Made by a program: the position numbers and the translations under genes
Shown here: positions 38,336 to 45,703 of the stretch, in pieces
Layout of the letters: every line of letters begins with the position of its first letter
Numbering within the stretch: position 1 is the first letter of the stretch
Notes under the pieces: model-generated
The model's input: the letters and a program-made list of their open reading frames with translations, nothing else
Databases searched by the model: none
What the model was told of the DNA's origin: nothing
Source of the DNA: an uncultured Clostridia bacterium
Lineage (GTDB): Bacteria; Bacillota; Clostridia; Christensenellales; UBA1242
Direction of reading: 5' to 3'
Assembly (NCBI GenBank): GCA_934772445.1
Contig: CAKVMJ010000002.1
Span: forward strand, 9,475-73,474
Length of the DNA: 64,000 nt

Positions 38336-39100
38336 TTGAAATTTTTAGTTATTTATAAAAAGTACTTAAAACTTGCATTGGTTTGCTTGGTATGTATTAT
38401 TCTACTTTCGCTAAACTTTGGTGGCGGAGCGAGTGCTTCAGTTTACTTTGGTTATGCGCCAAGGCTTGTACCAATCTATAATGTTGACACAACCGAAAAA
38501 CGAGTTGCTATTTCATTTGATTCAGCTTGGGGTGCGGATAAAACAACGAAGATTGTGGATATTGTAAAAGAATATGGCTTTAATGCAACATTCTTCTTGG
38601 TAGGTTTTTGGGTTGATGATTATCCAGATATGGTGAAATATATTATGGATAATAATCTTGAAATCGGTACACATTCAAATACTCATCCAGATTTTACCAC
38701 TCTTTCAGCTTCTCAGATGCGATTAGAACTAGAAACCAGTATTGAAAAAATAGAGAAAATCACAAATAAAAAGGTGGAATTATTTAGAGCACCTTATGGT
38801 GCGTATAATAATCAAATGTTAAATATCACTGGTGAGATGGGATTAAAAACAATTCAATGGGATGTGGATACCCTTGATTGGAAAGGTTTGAGCGGATTGG
38901 AAATTTGCGAGAGAGTTATGGGCAGGGTTAAAGAAGGTTCAATTATTCTTTGCCATAACAATTCCGACCATATCTTAGATGCGTTACCATTATTGTTAGA
39001 ACGCTTAAAAAATGCGGGATATACTGTTGGAAGTGTTGGAGAATTGATATATCAAACAGACTATTATATAGATAATCTAGGAATTCAGCATAAAAATTAA
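38336..39100 (+). CDS. polysaccharide deacetylase (NodB domain; PdaB-like)
   Basis: A signal or anchor sequence, then ISFDSAWGADKT...ATFFLVGFWVDDYP...EIGTHSNTHPDF. TTG start after an AAAGGAG RBS. Confidence 0.8.
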   Translation: MKFLVIYKKYLKLALVCLVCIILLSLNFGGGASASVYFGYAPRLVPIYNVDTTEKRVAISFDSAWGADKTTKIVDIVKEYGFNATFFLVGFWVDDYPDMVKYIMDNNLEIGTHSNTHPDFTTLSASQMRLELETSIEKIEKITNKKVELFRAPYGAYNNQMLNITGEMGLKTIQWDVDTLDWKGLSGLEICERVMGRVKEGSIILCHNNSDHILDALPLLLERLKNAGYTVGSVGELIYQTDYYIDNLGIQHKN

Positions 39101-39119
39101 AAACATAGGAGATAAAATT

Positions 39120-39815
39120 ATGAGCAACAATGAAATAAATAATAAGGTGCAGATTGCAGGAGAGGTGGTAAGCGAACCAAAGTTTAGTCACGAAATATAT
39201 GGCGAAAACTTTTATGAGTTTGATGTGAAAGTTAATAGACTTTCAAATAGTTTTGATACCATTCCAGTAACTGTTTCAGATAGACTTTTAAATGGTAAGG
39301 AATTAAGTGTTGGTAAATTTATAGAGGGAATTGGTCAATATAGAAGCTATAATAAATTAGATGGTGAAAAGAGCAGGCTTCTTCTAACTATATTCTTGCG
39401 TGAGTTAGAGGTTAAAGAAACTATCGAACAAACAAATAGTATTCAAATAGTTGGTTATGTATGTAAAGAACCGATTTATAGAACAACACCTTTTAATAGA
39501 GAAATATGCGATGTTTTACTAGCAGTTAACAGAAATTATGGGAAAAGTGATTATATTCCTTGCATTGCTTGGGGTAGAAACGCTAGATTTGTTAAAAACT
39601 TTAAGGTTGGCGATAAAGTGAGAGTGGAAGGAAGAATACAGAGCCGTGAATACCAAAAGAAAGTTGAAAACGAAGAAACTCTAACTAAAACAGCGTATGA
39701 GGTTTCATTAAGTAAGATTAGTTTGGTAAATGATAGTAATATAACATTTAGCGAAACTTCAAGGGAAGCCGATGTTGTTAGTAAGGAAATTATAAAAGGG
39801 GTTTATGCGATATAA
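39120..39815 (+). CDS. tandem OB-fold, SSB-like protein
   Basis: Two internal repeats of an SSB-type OB fold (KVQIAGEVVSEPKFSH..., SIQIVGYVCKEPIYRTT...GDKVRVEGRIQSREY). It lacks the acidic SSB C-terminal tip. Confidence 0.6.
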   Translation: MSNNEINNKVQIAGEVVSEPKFSHEIYGENFYEFDVKVNRLSNSFDTIPVTVSDRLLNGKELSVGKFIEGIGQYRSYNKLDGEKSRLLLTIFLRELEVKETIEQTNSIQIVGYVCKEPIYRTTPFNREICDVLLAVNRNYGKSDYIPCIAWGRNARFVKNFKVGDKVRVEGRIQSREYQKKVENEETLTKTAYEVSLSKISLVNDSNITFSETSREADVVSKEIIKGVYAI

Positions 39816-39822
39816 TGATTTT

Positions 39823-39865
39823 AAAAAAAGAAGCTTAGTCAATGCTGTTTGAAACTAGCAAAATA
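39823..39865 (+). repeat. left inverted repeat (IR-L)
   Basis: AAAAAAGAAGC, 13 nt, then TTTGAAACTAGCAAAATA. Both blocks recur reverse-complemented at 45560-45604. Confidence 0.8.
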
Positions 39866-39868
39866 TAA

Positions 39869-39901
39869 GCACTTTAATCTACAAAAGATTAAAGTGTTTT
39901 T
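39869..39901 (+). terminator. rho-independent terminator just inside IR-L
   Basis: Stem cactttaatc/gattaaagtg followed by a T-run. Confidence 0.7.
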
Positions 39902-39940
39902 CCTCTCTCTTAACTAAAAAAAGAAACAAAAATTACTGAA

Positions 39941-39989
39941 GTTGTCAAGGATTGTCGCCAATAGCGACATACACTTTAACCTTGACAAC
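39941..39989. other. nested hairpin A
   Basis: Outer 10-bp stem GTTGTCAAGG/CCTTGACAAC encloses an inner GTCGC-CAATA-GCGAC hairpin and an 11-nt asymmetric bulge. It contains ATAGCGACA. Confidence 0.7.
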
Positions 39990-40040
39990 AAAGAATATTT
40001 GTTTACCATAATAAGAAAGAGAAGAAAAAATAACAGCAAA

Positions 40041-40082
40041 AAGCGAAAGTGTGTTATGTTTACCAACACTTTCGCTTTTTGC
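40041..40082 (+). terminator. terminator-like hairpin between the nested hairpins
   Basis: 12-bp stem aagcgaaagtgt/acactttcgctt followed by a T-run. Confidence 0.6.
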
Positions 40083-40106
40083 ATTCTTTAATTTAGTTTA
40101 TAAGTG

Positions 40107-40160
40107 TGTGCTTGTCTTCGGTGGAGCATAGCGACACCGACTTGTATCAAGACAAGCACA
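40107..40160. other. nested hairpin B
   Basis: Outer 12-bp stem TGTGCTTGTCTT/AAGACAAGCACA encloses an inner CGGTG...CACCG hairpin and a 9-nt asymmetric bulge. It contains ATAGCGACA. Confidence 0.7.
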
Positions 40161-40198
40161 TGTTTAACTGCCAAATTATAGTTTTATATCTTCAAACA

Positions 40199-40227
40199 TT
40201 GAAGAATATTTAATTTCGTGCTATAAT
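40199..40227 (+). promoter_or_regulatory. sigma-A-type promoter of the first methyltransferase gene
   Basis: TTGAAG, a 17-nt spacer, then TATAAT with a TGn extended -10. The -35 lies inside the palindrome TCTTCAA-aca-TTGAAGA (40189-40205). Confidence 0.55.
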
Positions 40228-40255
40228 TTTAGAAAATTTTAACAAAGGAAAAGTT

Positions 40256-41209
40256 ATGCCATTAAAAGTATGTAGTTTATTCAGTGGAATTGGTGGAATA
40301 GATTTAGGTTTCAAGCAAGCAGGTTTTGAAATAGTTTGGGCAAATGAAATAGATAAAGCAGCTTGTGAAACATACAAATCAAATTTTGGTGATGAACATT
40401 TAGTAAATTGCGATATTAGAAAAGTTGACACAAAGAATATTCCTGACTTTGATGTTTTAGTTGCAGTTTTTCCTTGTCAACCTTTTTCATTAGCAGGCGA
40501 ACAAAAAGGATTTTGTGATGCAAGAGGACAATTGTTTTTTGAAATAAAAAGAATTATACATGCCAAGATGCCAAAAGTAATTTTTTTAGAGAATGTTGCA
40601 AATTTGATTGAACACGATAATGGTAAATCTTTTGAACAAGTTTATTTATCTTTAATGGAAGAAGGTTATGCAGTTAGATATGCCACACAAAATCCAAAGA
40701 CACATGCAAATATTCCTCAACAAAGAGATAGAGTTTTTATAGTTGCCTTTTTAGATATAGAACAATGTAATAATTTTCAATATCCCGAGGAAACACTATT
40801 AACAACGAAGCTTTCCGATATAGTGAATATTTATGAAAAGCATGATGATTGCTACTATTATACAAATGATAATAGGTATTATATAGATATGAAAAAATAT
40901 ATAATTCATAGTGATTTATTTTATAGAATTTTTGATTTTGGCTTAAAGACAAATGGTTTTACCATTTGCCCAACATTGACAGCTACTATGGGAACAATGA
41001 AGGACAGAATACCTATTATTAAAGATTTTTATGGAATAAGAAAGCTTACACCGTATGAATGTTTAGCCTTGCAAGGTTATCCCAAGGATTTTATTTTTCC
41101 TAAAGGAATAACGCTATCTCAAGCTTACAAACAAATAGGAAATTCTGTTTGCATTCCTATTATTAAAAATATTGCAGTAAATATTTATAATATTCTTAAT
41201 AAAAAATAG
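40256..41209 (+). CDS. DNA (cytosine-5)-methyltransferase M1
   Basis: Motifs I (FSGIGG), IV (FPCQPFS), VI (ENV), VIII (QQRDR) and X (GNSV), in canonical order. Confidence 0.9.
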   Translation: MPLKVCSLFSGIGGIDLGFKQAGFEIVWANEIDKAACETYKSNFGDEHLVNCDIRKVDTKNIPDFDVLVAVFPCQPFSLAGEQKGFCDARGQLFFEIKRIIHAKMPKVIFLENVANLIEHDNGKSFEQVYLSLMEEGYAVRYATQNPKTHANIPQQRDRVFIVAFLDIEQCNNFQYPEETLLTTKLSDIVNIYEKHDDCYYYTNDNRYYIDMKKYIIHSDLFYRIFDFGLKTNGFTICPTLTATMGTMKDRIPIIKDFYGIRKLTPYECLALQGYPKDFIFPKGITLSQAYKQIGNSVCIPIIKNIAVNIYNILNKK

Positions 41210-41228
41210 GTGCGTTTTAGTTTGATAT

Positions 41229-41264
41229 ATGTTATAATATTAATGTTATAGCAAATATGTTATA
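41229..41264 (+). promoter_or_regulatory. three phased ATGTTATA repeats upstream of the C gene (putative operator or C-box)
   Basis: ATGTTATA at 41229, 41243 and 41257, an exact 14-nt spacing. They overlap an extended -10 (TGtTATAAT, 41230-41238). Confidence 0.35.
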
Positions 41265-41276
41265 TAAGAGGTATAT

Positions 41277-41477
41277 ATGGAATTTAACAATAAGTTAAAA
41301 AAAGTACGAACATTGTTGAATATAAGTCAAGAAACGATGGCGAGAGAGTTAAATGTATCATTTGCAACAATCAATAGGTTAGAAAAGGGCAAAACATTGC
41401 CAAGTTATAAGACATTAAAAAAATTTGAAATTTTATGCCAAAATTATAATATTATATTGGGGGATAAAAATGTTTAA
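41277..41477 (+). CDS. XRE-family HTH controller (C) protein
   Basis: 66 aa. The HTH is ISQETMARELNVSFATINRLEKGKTLPS. It is located inside an R-M cluster, and its 3' end overlaps the next MTase gene. Confidence 0.75.
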   Translation: MEFNNKLKKVRTLLNISQETMARELNVSFATINRLEKGKTLPSYKTLKKFEILCQNYNIILGDKNV

Positions 41478-42537
41478 AGGATTATCATTATTTGCAAGTG
41501 CAGGAATTGCGGAAATGAATTTATCAAAATGTAATATTGATATAAAAATTGCAAATGAACTTATCCCAATTAGATGTAAAGTACATGAATATTGGAATCC
41601 CAAAACAAAAGTTATTTGTGGAGATATTACAAAAGATGAATTAAAACAAAATATAATTAATGAATCTATAAAAGAAAATATAGATTTCATTTTAGCAACT
41701 CCACCATGTCAAGGGGTATCTTTGATTGGCAAAAACAAAAGTAACGATGATATGTTAAGAGATGAAAGAAATTTCCTAATTTTCCACGCATTTGATATTG
41801 TTGATGCAATAAAACCAAAAGTTATTGTAATTGAAAATGTTGCAAGATTTTTAGGTATGAAATTTCCTTATAATGGAAATATGTACAATATCGAAAGTAT
41901 ATTAAAAGATAAATATGGCTCTCAATATTCTATTTGTGTATCGGTGTATAATGCGGCCGATTATGGCATTCCTCAAAATAGACTTAGAACAATAATGGTT
42001 TTATGTCAAAAAGGATATTCTTTCGTAATGCCTAAAAAATTAAAGCCAATAACGGTTAGAGATGCTATTGGATATTTGCCATCTATTGAAGCCGGAGAAA
42101 AAACTAACATAAAAAATCATAATGCGAGAAAACATTCTCAAAATCATATTTTGTGGATGAAACATACCCCAACAGGTAAATCGGCAACTGAAAATGAAAA
42201 ATACTATCCACAACATGAAGATGGCACACCATTAAAATGTTATTCAGCATCATATAAAAGAATAGAATGGGATAAACCTGCTCCAACGATTACAATGCGT
42301 AATGATGCCATTTCTTCACAAAGTAATGTTCATCCAGGCAGATTATTAGCTGATGGAACATATAGTGATGCGAGAGTTTTAACTCTTAGAGAATTATTTA
42401 TTTTAAGTTCTATTAATCCTGATATTGATGTACCAAATTTTGCAACGGATATTCAAATTAGACAAATGATCGGAGAGGCTGTCCCACCTATGTTAATGGA
42501 ACAGGTTTGTAAAAATATAAAAAAGGATGAAAATTAA
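41470..42537 (+). CDS. DNA (cytosine-5)-methyltransferase M2
   Basis: LFASAGIAE (variant motif I), PPCQGVS, ENV, QNRLR, RVLTLRELF, IGEAVPP. I prefer the ATG at 41470, after a GGGGGA RBS. Confidence 0.8.
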   Translation: MFKGLSLFASAGIAEMNLSKCNIDIKIANELIPIRCKVHEYWNPKTKVICGDITKDELKQNIINESIKENIDFILATPPCQGVSLIGKNKSNDDMLRDERNFLIFHAFDIVDAIKPKVIVIENVARFLGMKFPYNGNMYNIESILKDKYGSQYSICVSVYNAADYGIPQNRLRTIMVLCQKGYSFVMPKKLKPITVRDAIGYLPSIEAGEKTNIKNHNARKHSQNHILWMKHTPTGKSATENEKYYPQHEDGTPLKCYSASYKRIEWDKPAPTITMRNDAISSQSNVHPGRLLADGTYSDARVLTLRELFILSSINPDIDVPNFATDIQIRQMIGEAVPPMLMEQVCKNIKKDEN

Positions 42538-43583
42538 TGAAAGGATTATCATTATTTAGCAGTGCAGGTATTGCTGAAACATATTTTAAAGATTGTGGAA
42601 TAGATATAGTTGTTTCAAATGAATTAATAAGGAAAAGAAATGAATTACATTCTGCACTATATCCTAATTGTCAATCTATTTGTGGAGATATAACCAATAG
42701 CAATGTTTTTAACGAAATATTAAACATAACCCAAAAAGAAAAATGTGAATTTTTACTAGCGACACCACCATGTCAAGGAATGAGTAGTTTAGGGAAAAAA
42801 GATTATGATAACGATAAAAGAAATTACTTAATTTTTTATGTTTTTGACATGATTGATAAAAATGATTTTAATTATATTTTAATAGAAAATGTACCAAAAT
42901 TTTTGAAAATGTATTTTCCCTATAATAACAAATTAGTTCCTCTTCTTGATATTATTAATGATAAGTATGCTAATAAATATAATATAGATTCCTTTGTGTT
43001 AAATGCGAAAGACTATGGTGTGCCACAAAGTCGTCCGAGGGGGTTTATTAGGTTGTGGAAAAAAGGTTTAATTTGGGGAAAACCACAAAAACAAAAGATT
43101 ATTACACTAAGAGATTCTATAGGGAATTTACCATCACTAGAATCTGATGAAGACAGTGGTATTAAATGGCATTTTGCAAAGCATCATAATGAACGAGAAA
43201 TAATAGCAATGAAACATACAAAAGAAGGGTGTTCTGCAATGAAAAATGAAATTTTTTATCCTAAAAAATCAAATGGAGAAAAAATAAAAGGATTTCATAA
43301 TACTTATAAAAGAATGAAATGGGATGAACCATGTCCAGCAAGAGCGATGAATAATGGTAATATTGGAGGTCATAATAATGTTCATCCAGGTAGACTTTTA
43401 GCGGATGGCACATATAGTGATGCACGAGTTTTAACATTAAGAGAATTGTTTATAGTAAGCTCATTACCTGCAGATTGGAATTTGCCAGATTGGTGTACCG
43501 ATAATTTAATTAGAACAGTTATTGGGGAAGCCATTCCACCAATGCTTAGTAAATCAATAATTGACATGATAGGAAAAAATTAA
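42537..43583 (+). CDS. DNA (cytosine-5)-methyltransferase M3, a paralogue of M2
   Basis: LFSSAGIAE, PPCQGMS, ENV, QSRPR, IGEAIPP. It shares an identical 26-aa block with M2 (NVHPGRLLADGTYSDARVLTLRELFI). The start overlaps the M2 stop (TAATG). Confidence 0.8.
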   Translation: MKGLSLFSSAGIAETYFKDCGIDIVVSNELIRKRNELHSALYPNCQSICGDITNSNVFNEILNITQKEKCEFLLATPPCQGMSSLGKKDYDNDKRNYLIFYVFDMIDKNDFNYILIENVPKFLKMYFPYNNKLVPLLDIINDKYANKYNIDSFVLNAKDYGVPQSRPRGFIRLWKKGLIWGKPQKQKIITLRDSIGNLPSLESDEDSGIKWHFAKHHNEREIIAMKHTKEGCSAMKNEIFYPKKSNGEKIKGFHNTYKRMKWDEPCPARAMNNGNIGGHNNVHPGRLLADGTYSDARVLTLRELFIVSSLPADWNLPDWCTDNLIRTVIGEAIPPMLSKSIIDMIGKN

Positions 43584-43593
43584 GGAGTTGTTT

Positions 43594-45084
43594 ATGATTA
43601 ATTTAGAAAGGAAGAAAGACCATAAGTGGATTTTTCAAAAAAATATTAGCTCTTCAGAATTAATGAAAGCATATGTAGAAGCTTTAAGTGATATTGGGAA
43701 CAATATTAATCTTGATAATGTTAAACAAAAATTAAGAAATAAAAATTTATATAAAGGCAGGTCTACATCTGGAAATGTAAATACTATGGGAGTTAGATTT
43801 AGCCAAATGTGTTTCTATATGTTTGGGTATAAAATTGGTAAAAAGTTTATGCCTTCTCCTATGACTTTAAATATTCTAAATTCTGATAATAATAAAATTA
43901 ATATAAAGTCAAATTCACTAATAAATTTATTTAGTATGCAGTTTCCTCAACCTTATAGTAACACTCCTGCAACTTTCAATATTTATTGCGGAAGATTAAT
44001 TGTTAAATTATTGTTAGATAAACGGATTGATAATAAATTATATATCGATGAAATGATTTGGTTTCTTCCGTTTTTGGAAAAAATTAATGAAAATATTTAT
44101 AATGAATTAATTGAAAGCATTTTAGAGTTTAGAAATTTGTCATATATGGAGAAATTGAATTTGTTTAAAAGTGTAAGAGACTATGATAATGTGTTTTCTA
44201 ATGTTACACATGAAGTAAATTATTACTTTTTAAGAATTTTTCAATCATTTGGAGTACTAGATATTAATAAAGATGAAAATCATAATGAGGGCCATTTATT
44301 TTCATTTAATCATGGTAGAGGTGTTACCAAAAGAACTGATGCATATAAATCTGGAGCAAAAGTGTCTGGATATGTCACTCTCTCAAAAGAAGTTGTTTCA
44401 GATGCAACCAAATTAATTGATAAATTTTCAGCTTTTGATTATCCAACAACACAGGCATCTGAAGGAATTTTTTCATTAAGAGATTGGCTTACTGAATTGT
44501 ATGAAGTTGAGCCACTAGAGTATCTTAATTGTATTTCAAATAAATTTACACAAGACAAAATAATTACAGATGTAATAACAAGAATGACTTATGTTTCAAA
44601 GTATGGTAGTAGTGATGGTAAAGAATTTGAACAAGCACTAAAACCATTTATTGAATTGTTTAGGGAAACTGAAAATGTTGAAATTATTAGTGGTGCTGGA
44701 AATACTGATTTATTGTGTGCTATGAGAGATATAGATACTGATGTTGTATATAATATGAATGTTGATGCAAAGACTCGAAAGTCAGCACTAGAAGAAATTA
44801 ATGCTCGAAGAATTAATAATCATTTAGAAAAACATGGTTCAAAGTTTTGTATTATCGTAGCGCCTAAGTTTGCAATGGGTGTTAAAAAGGATATCGAGGG
44901 ACATAAAATAGTTGTTGTACGTGCTGAAGAATTAGGTGCATATTGTTATAGAGAATGCACATCTTCTCGCGATGGATATGCAGATTTTACATCTTTATTA
45001 AATATTATAAAAAGCAAGTACGGTTCTGATATTACTGAAGAACTTAGAGATTTAACTCAATATAGATATGGAATTGCTGTTTAA
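43594..45084 (+). CDS. type II (possibly IIS or AlwI/Bsp6I-like) restriction endonuclease
   Basis: About 496 aa, the last gene of the MTase operon. A C-terminal PD-(D/E)XK-like pattern (E...TDLLC...NVDAK). The family assignment is only an impression. The ATG at 43594 follows an AAGGAG RBS. Confidence 0.6.
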   Translation: MINLERKKDHKWIFQKNISSSELMKAYVEALSDIGNNINLDNVKQKLRNKNLYKGRSTSGNVNTMGVRFSQMCFYMFGYKIGKKFMPSPMTLNILNSDNNKINIKSNSLINLFSMQFPQPYSNTPATFNIYCGRLIVKLLLDKRIDNKLYIDEMIWFLPFLEKINENIYNELIESILEFRNLSYMEKLNLFKSVRDYDNVFSNVTHEVNYYFLRIFQSFGVLDINKDENHNEGHLFSFNHGRGVTKRTDAYKSGAKVSGYVTLSKEVVSDATKLIDKFSAFDYPTTQASEGIFSLRDWLTELYEVEPLEYLNCISNKFTQDKIITDVITRMTYVSKYGSSDGKEFEQALKPFIELFRETENVEIISGAGNTDLLCAMRDIDTDVVYNMNVDAKTRKSALEEINARRINNHLEKHGSKFCIIVAPKFAMGVKKDIEGHKIVVVRAEELGAYCYRECTSSRDGYADFTSLLNIIKSKYGSDITEELRDLTQYRYGIAV

Positions 45085-45207
45085 TAATTTATATTCATAA
45101 AACATATTGAAACAGATATTAAAATTCTCAATAACTGGTAATATAAATAATGGGGAAAATATGGGAAAAAAGAAAATAAACGCAAAAAACACAAATTTAT
45201 AAAAACA

Positions 45208-45402
45208 TTGATACAGTCCAAATATTTTTATATTACTTTAGTAATTATAATAGGTCTTTTGCTCACTATGATATTTTCAAATATATATATAGATTGTGAT
45301 ATTGTATTTGCTATTGGTTCAGGTGTTTTTGGTTCAGCTTTTGTCACACTTTTAATTGAAATTTTAAATGATATTCGTGAAAATAAAAATATTAAAAGAT
45401 AA
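45208..45402 (+). CDS. small two-TM membrane protein, doubtful
   Basis: 64 aa with a TTG start and no clear RBS. An out-of-frame 12-codon ATG ORF with a good RBS begins at 45161, so this may be a remnant. Confidence 0.3.
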   Translation: MIQSKYFYITLVIIIGLLLTMIFSNIYIDCDIVFAIGSGVFGSAFVTLLIEILNDIRENKNIKR

Positions 45403-45486
45403 AAAAATTTACTTTATCGCATTAAATTAATCATTATCATAAACATTCCGAATAATTATAATTACTTTATTCTTATTCATAATAAA

Positions 45487-45524
45487 AAATAACACGGACC
45501 TTGATTTCTCTTGGTTCGTGTTAT
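45487..45524 (-). terminator. inward-facing terminator-like hairpin near IR-R
   Basis: Stem AATAACACGgACC/GGTtCGTGTTATT. The T-run follows only on the minus strand, yet no minus-strand gene lies upstream of it. Confidence 0.45.
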
Positions 45525-45559
45525 TCATGAATAGTATAAACTATAATTATTGAATTAAT

Positions 45560-45604
45560 TATTTTGCTAGTTTCAAAATTGCCAGCCCTTAGGCTTCTTT
45601 TTTG
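45560..45604 (-). repeat. right inverted repeat (IR-R)
   Basis: The reverse complement reads AAAAAAGAAGC, 15 nt, then TTTGAAACTAGCAAAATA. It matches IR-L in an 11-nt and an 18-nt perfect block. Confidence 0.8.
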
Positions 45605-45703
45605 TACTTTTCAAGGCTTTTTTGTTAATTAATTTGACTTAAATTTGTTAATTGTATATAATTTAAAAAAGAACTTTGATTAATGGAAAAAGGAGGCTAA
45701 GAT

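Larger units (their letters stand above)
39823..45604. mobile_element. inverted-repeat-bounded restriction-modification island
   Basis: A segment of about 5.8 kb between the SSB-like gene and ftsA, bounded by imperfect IRs of about 44 bp. It contains structured non-coding DNA, three m5C MTase genes, a C gene, an REase gene and a small membrane ORF. No recombinase is present. Confidence 0.45.

Noticed and set aside
45161-45402. A 12-codon ATG ORF with a good RBS (45161), followed out of frame by the 64-aa TTG ORF (45208-45402). Together they might be a frameshifted membrane-protein gene.
   Set aside because: I cannot identify a family for either piece, so I cannot show that the two frames belong to one ancestral gene. 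It is kept only as a low-confidence CDS.
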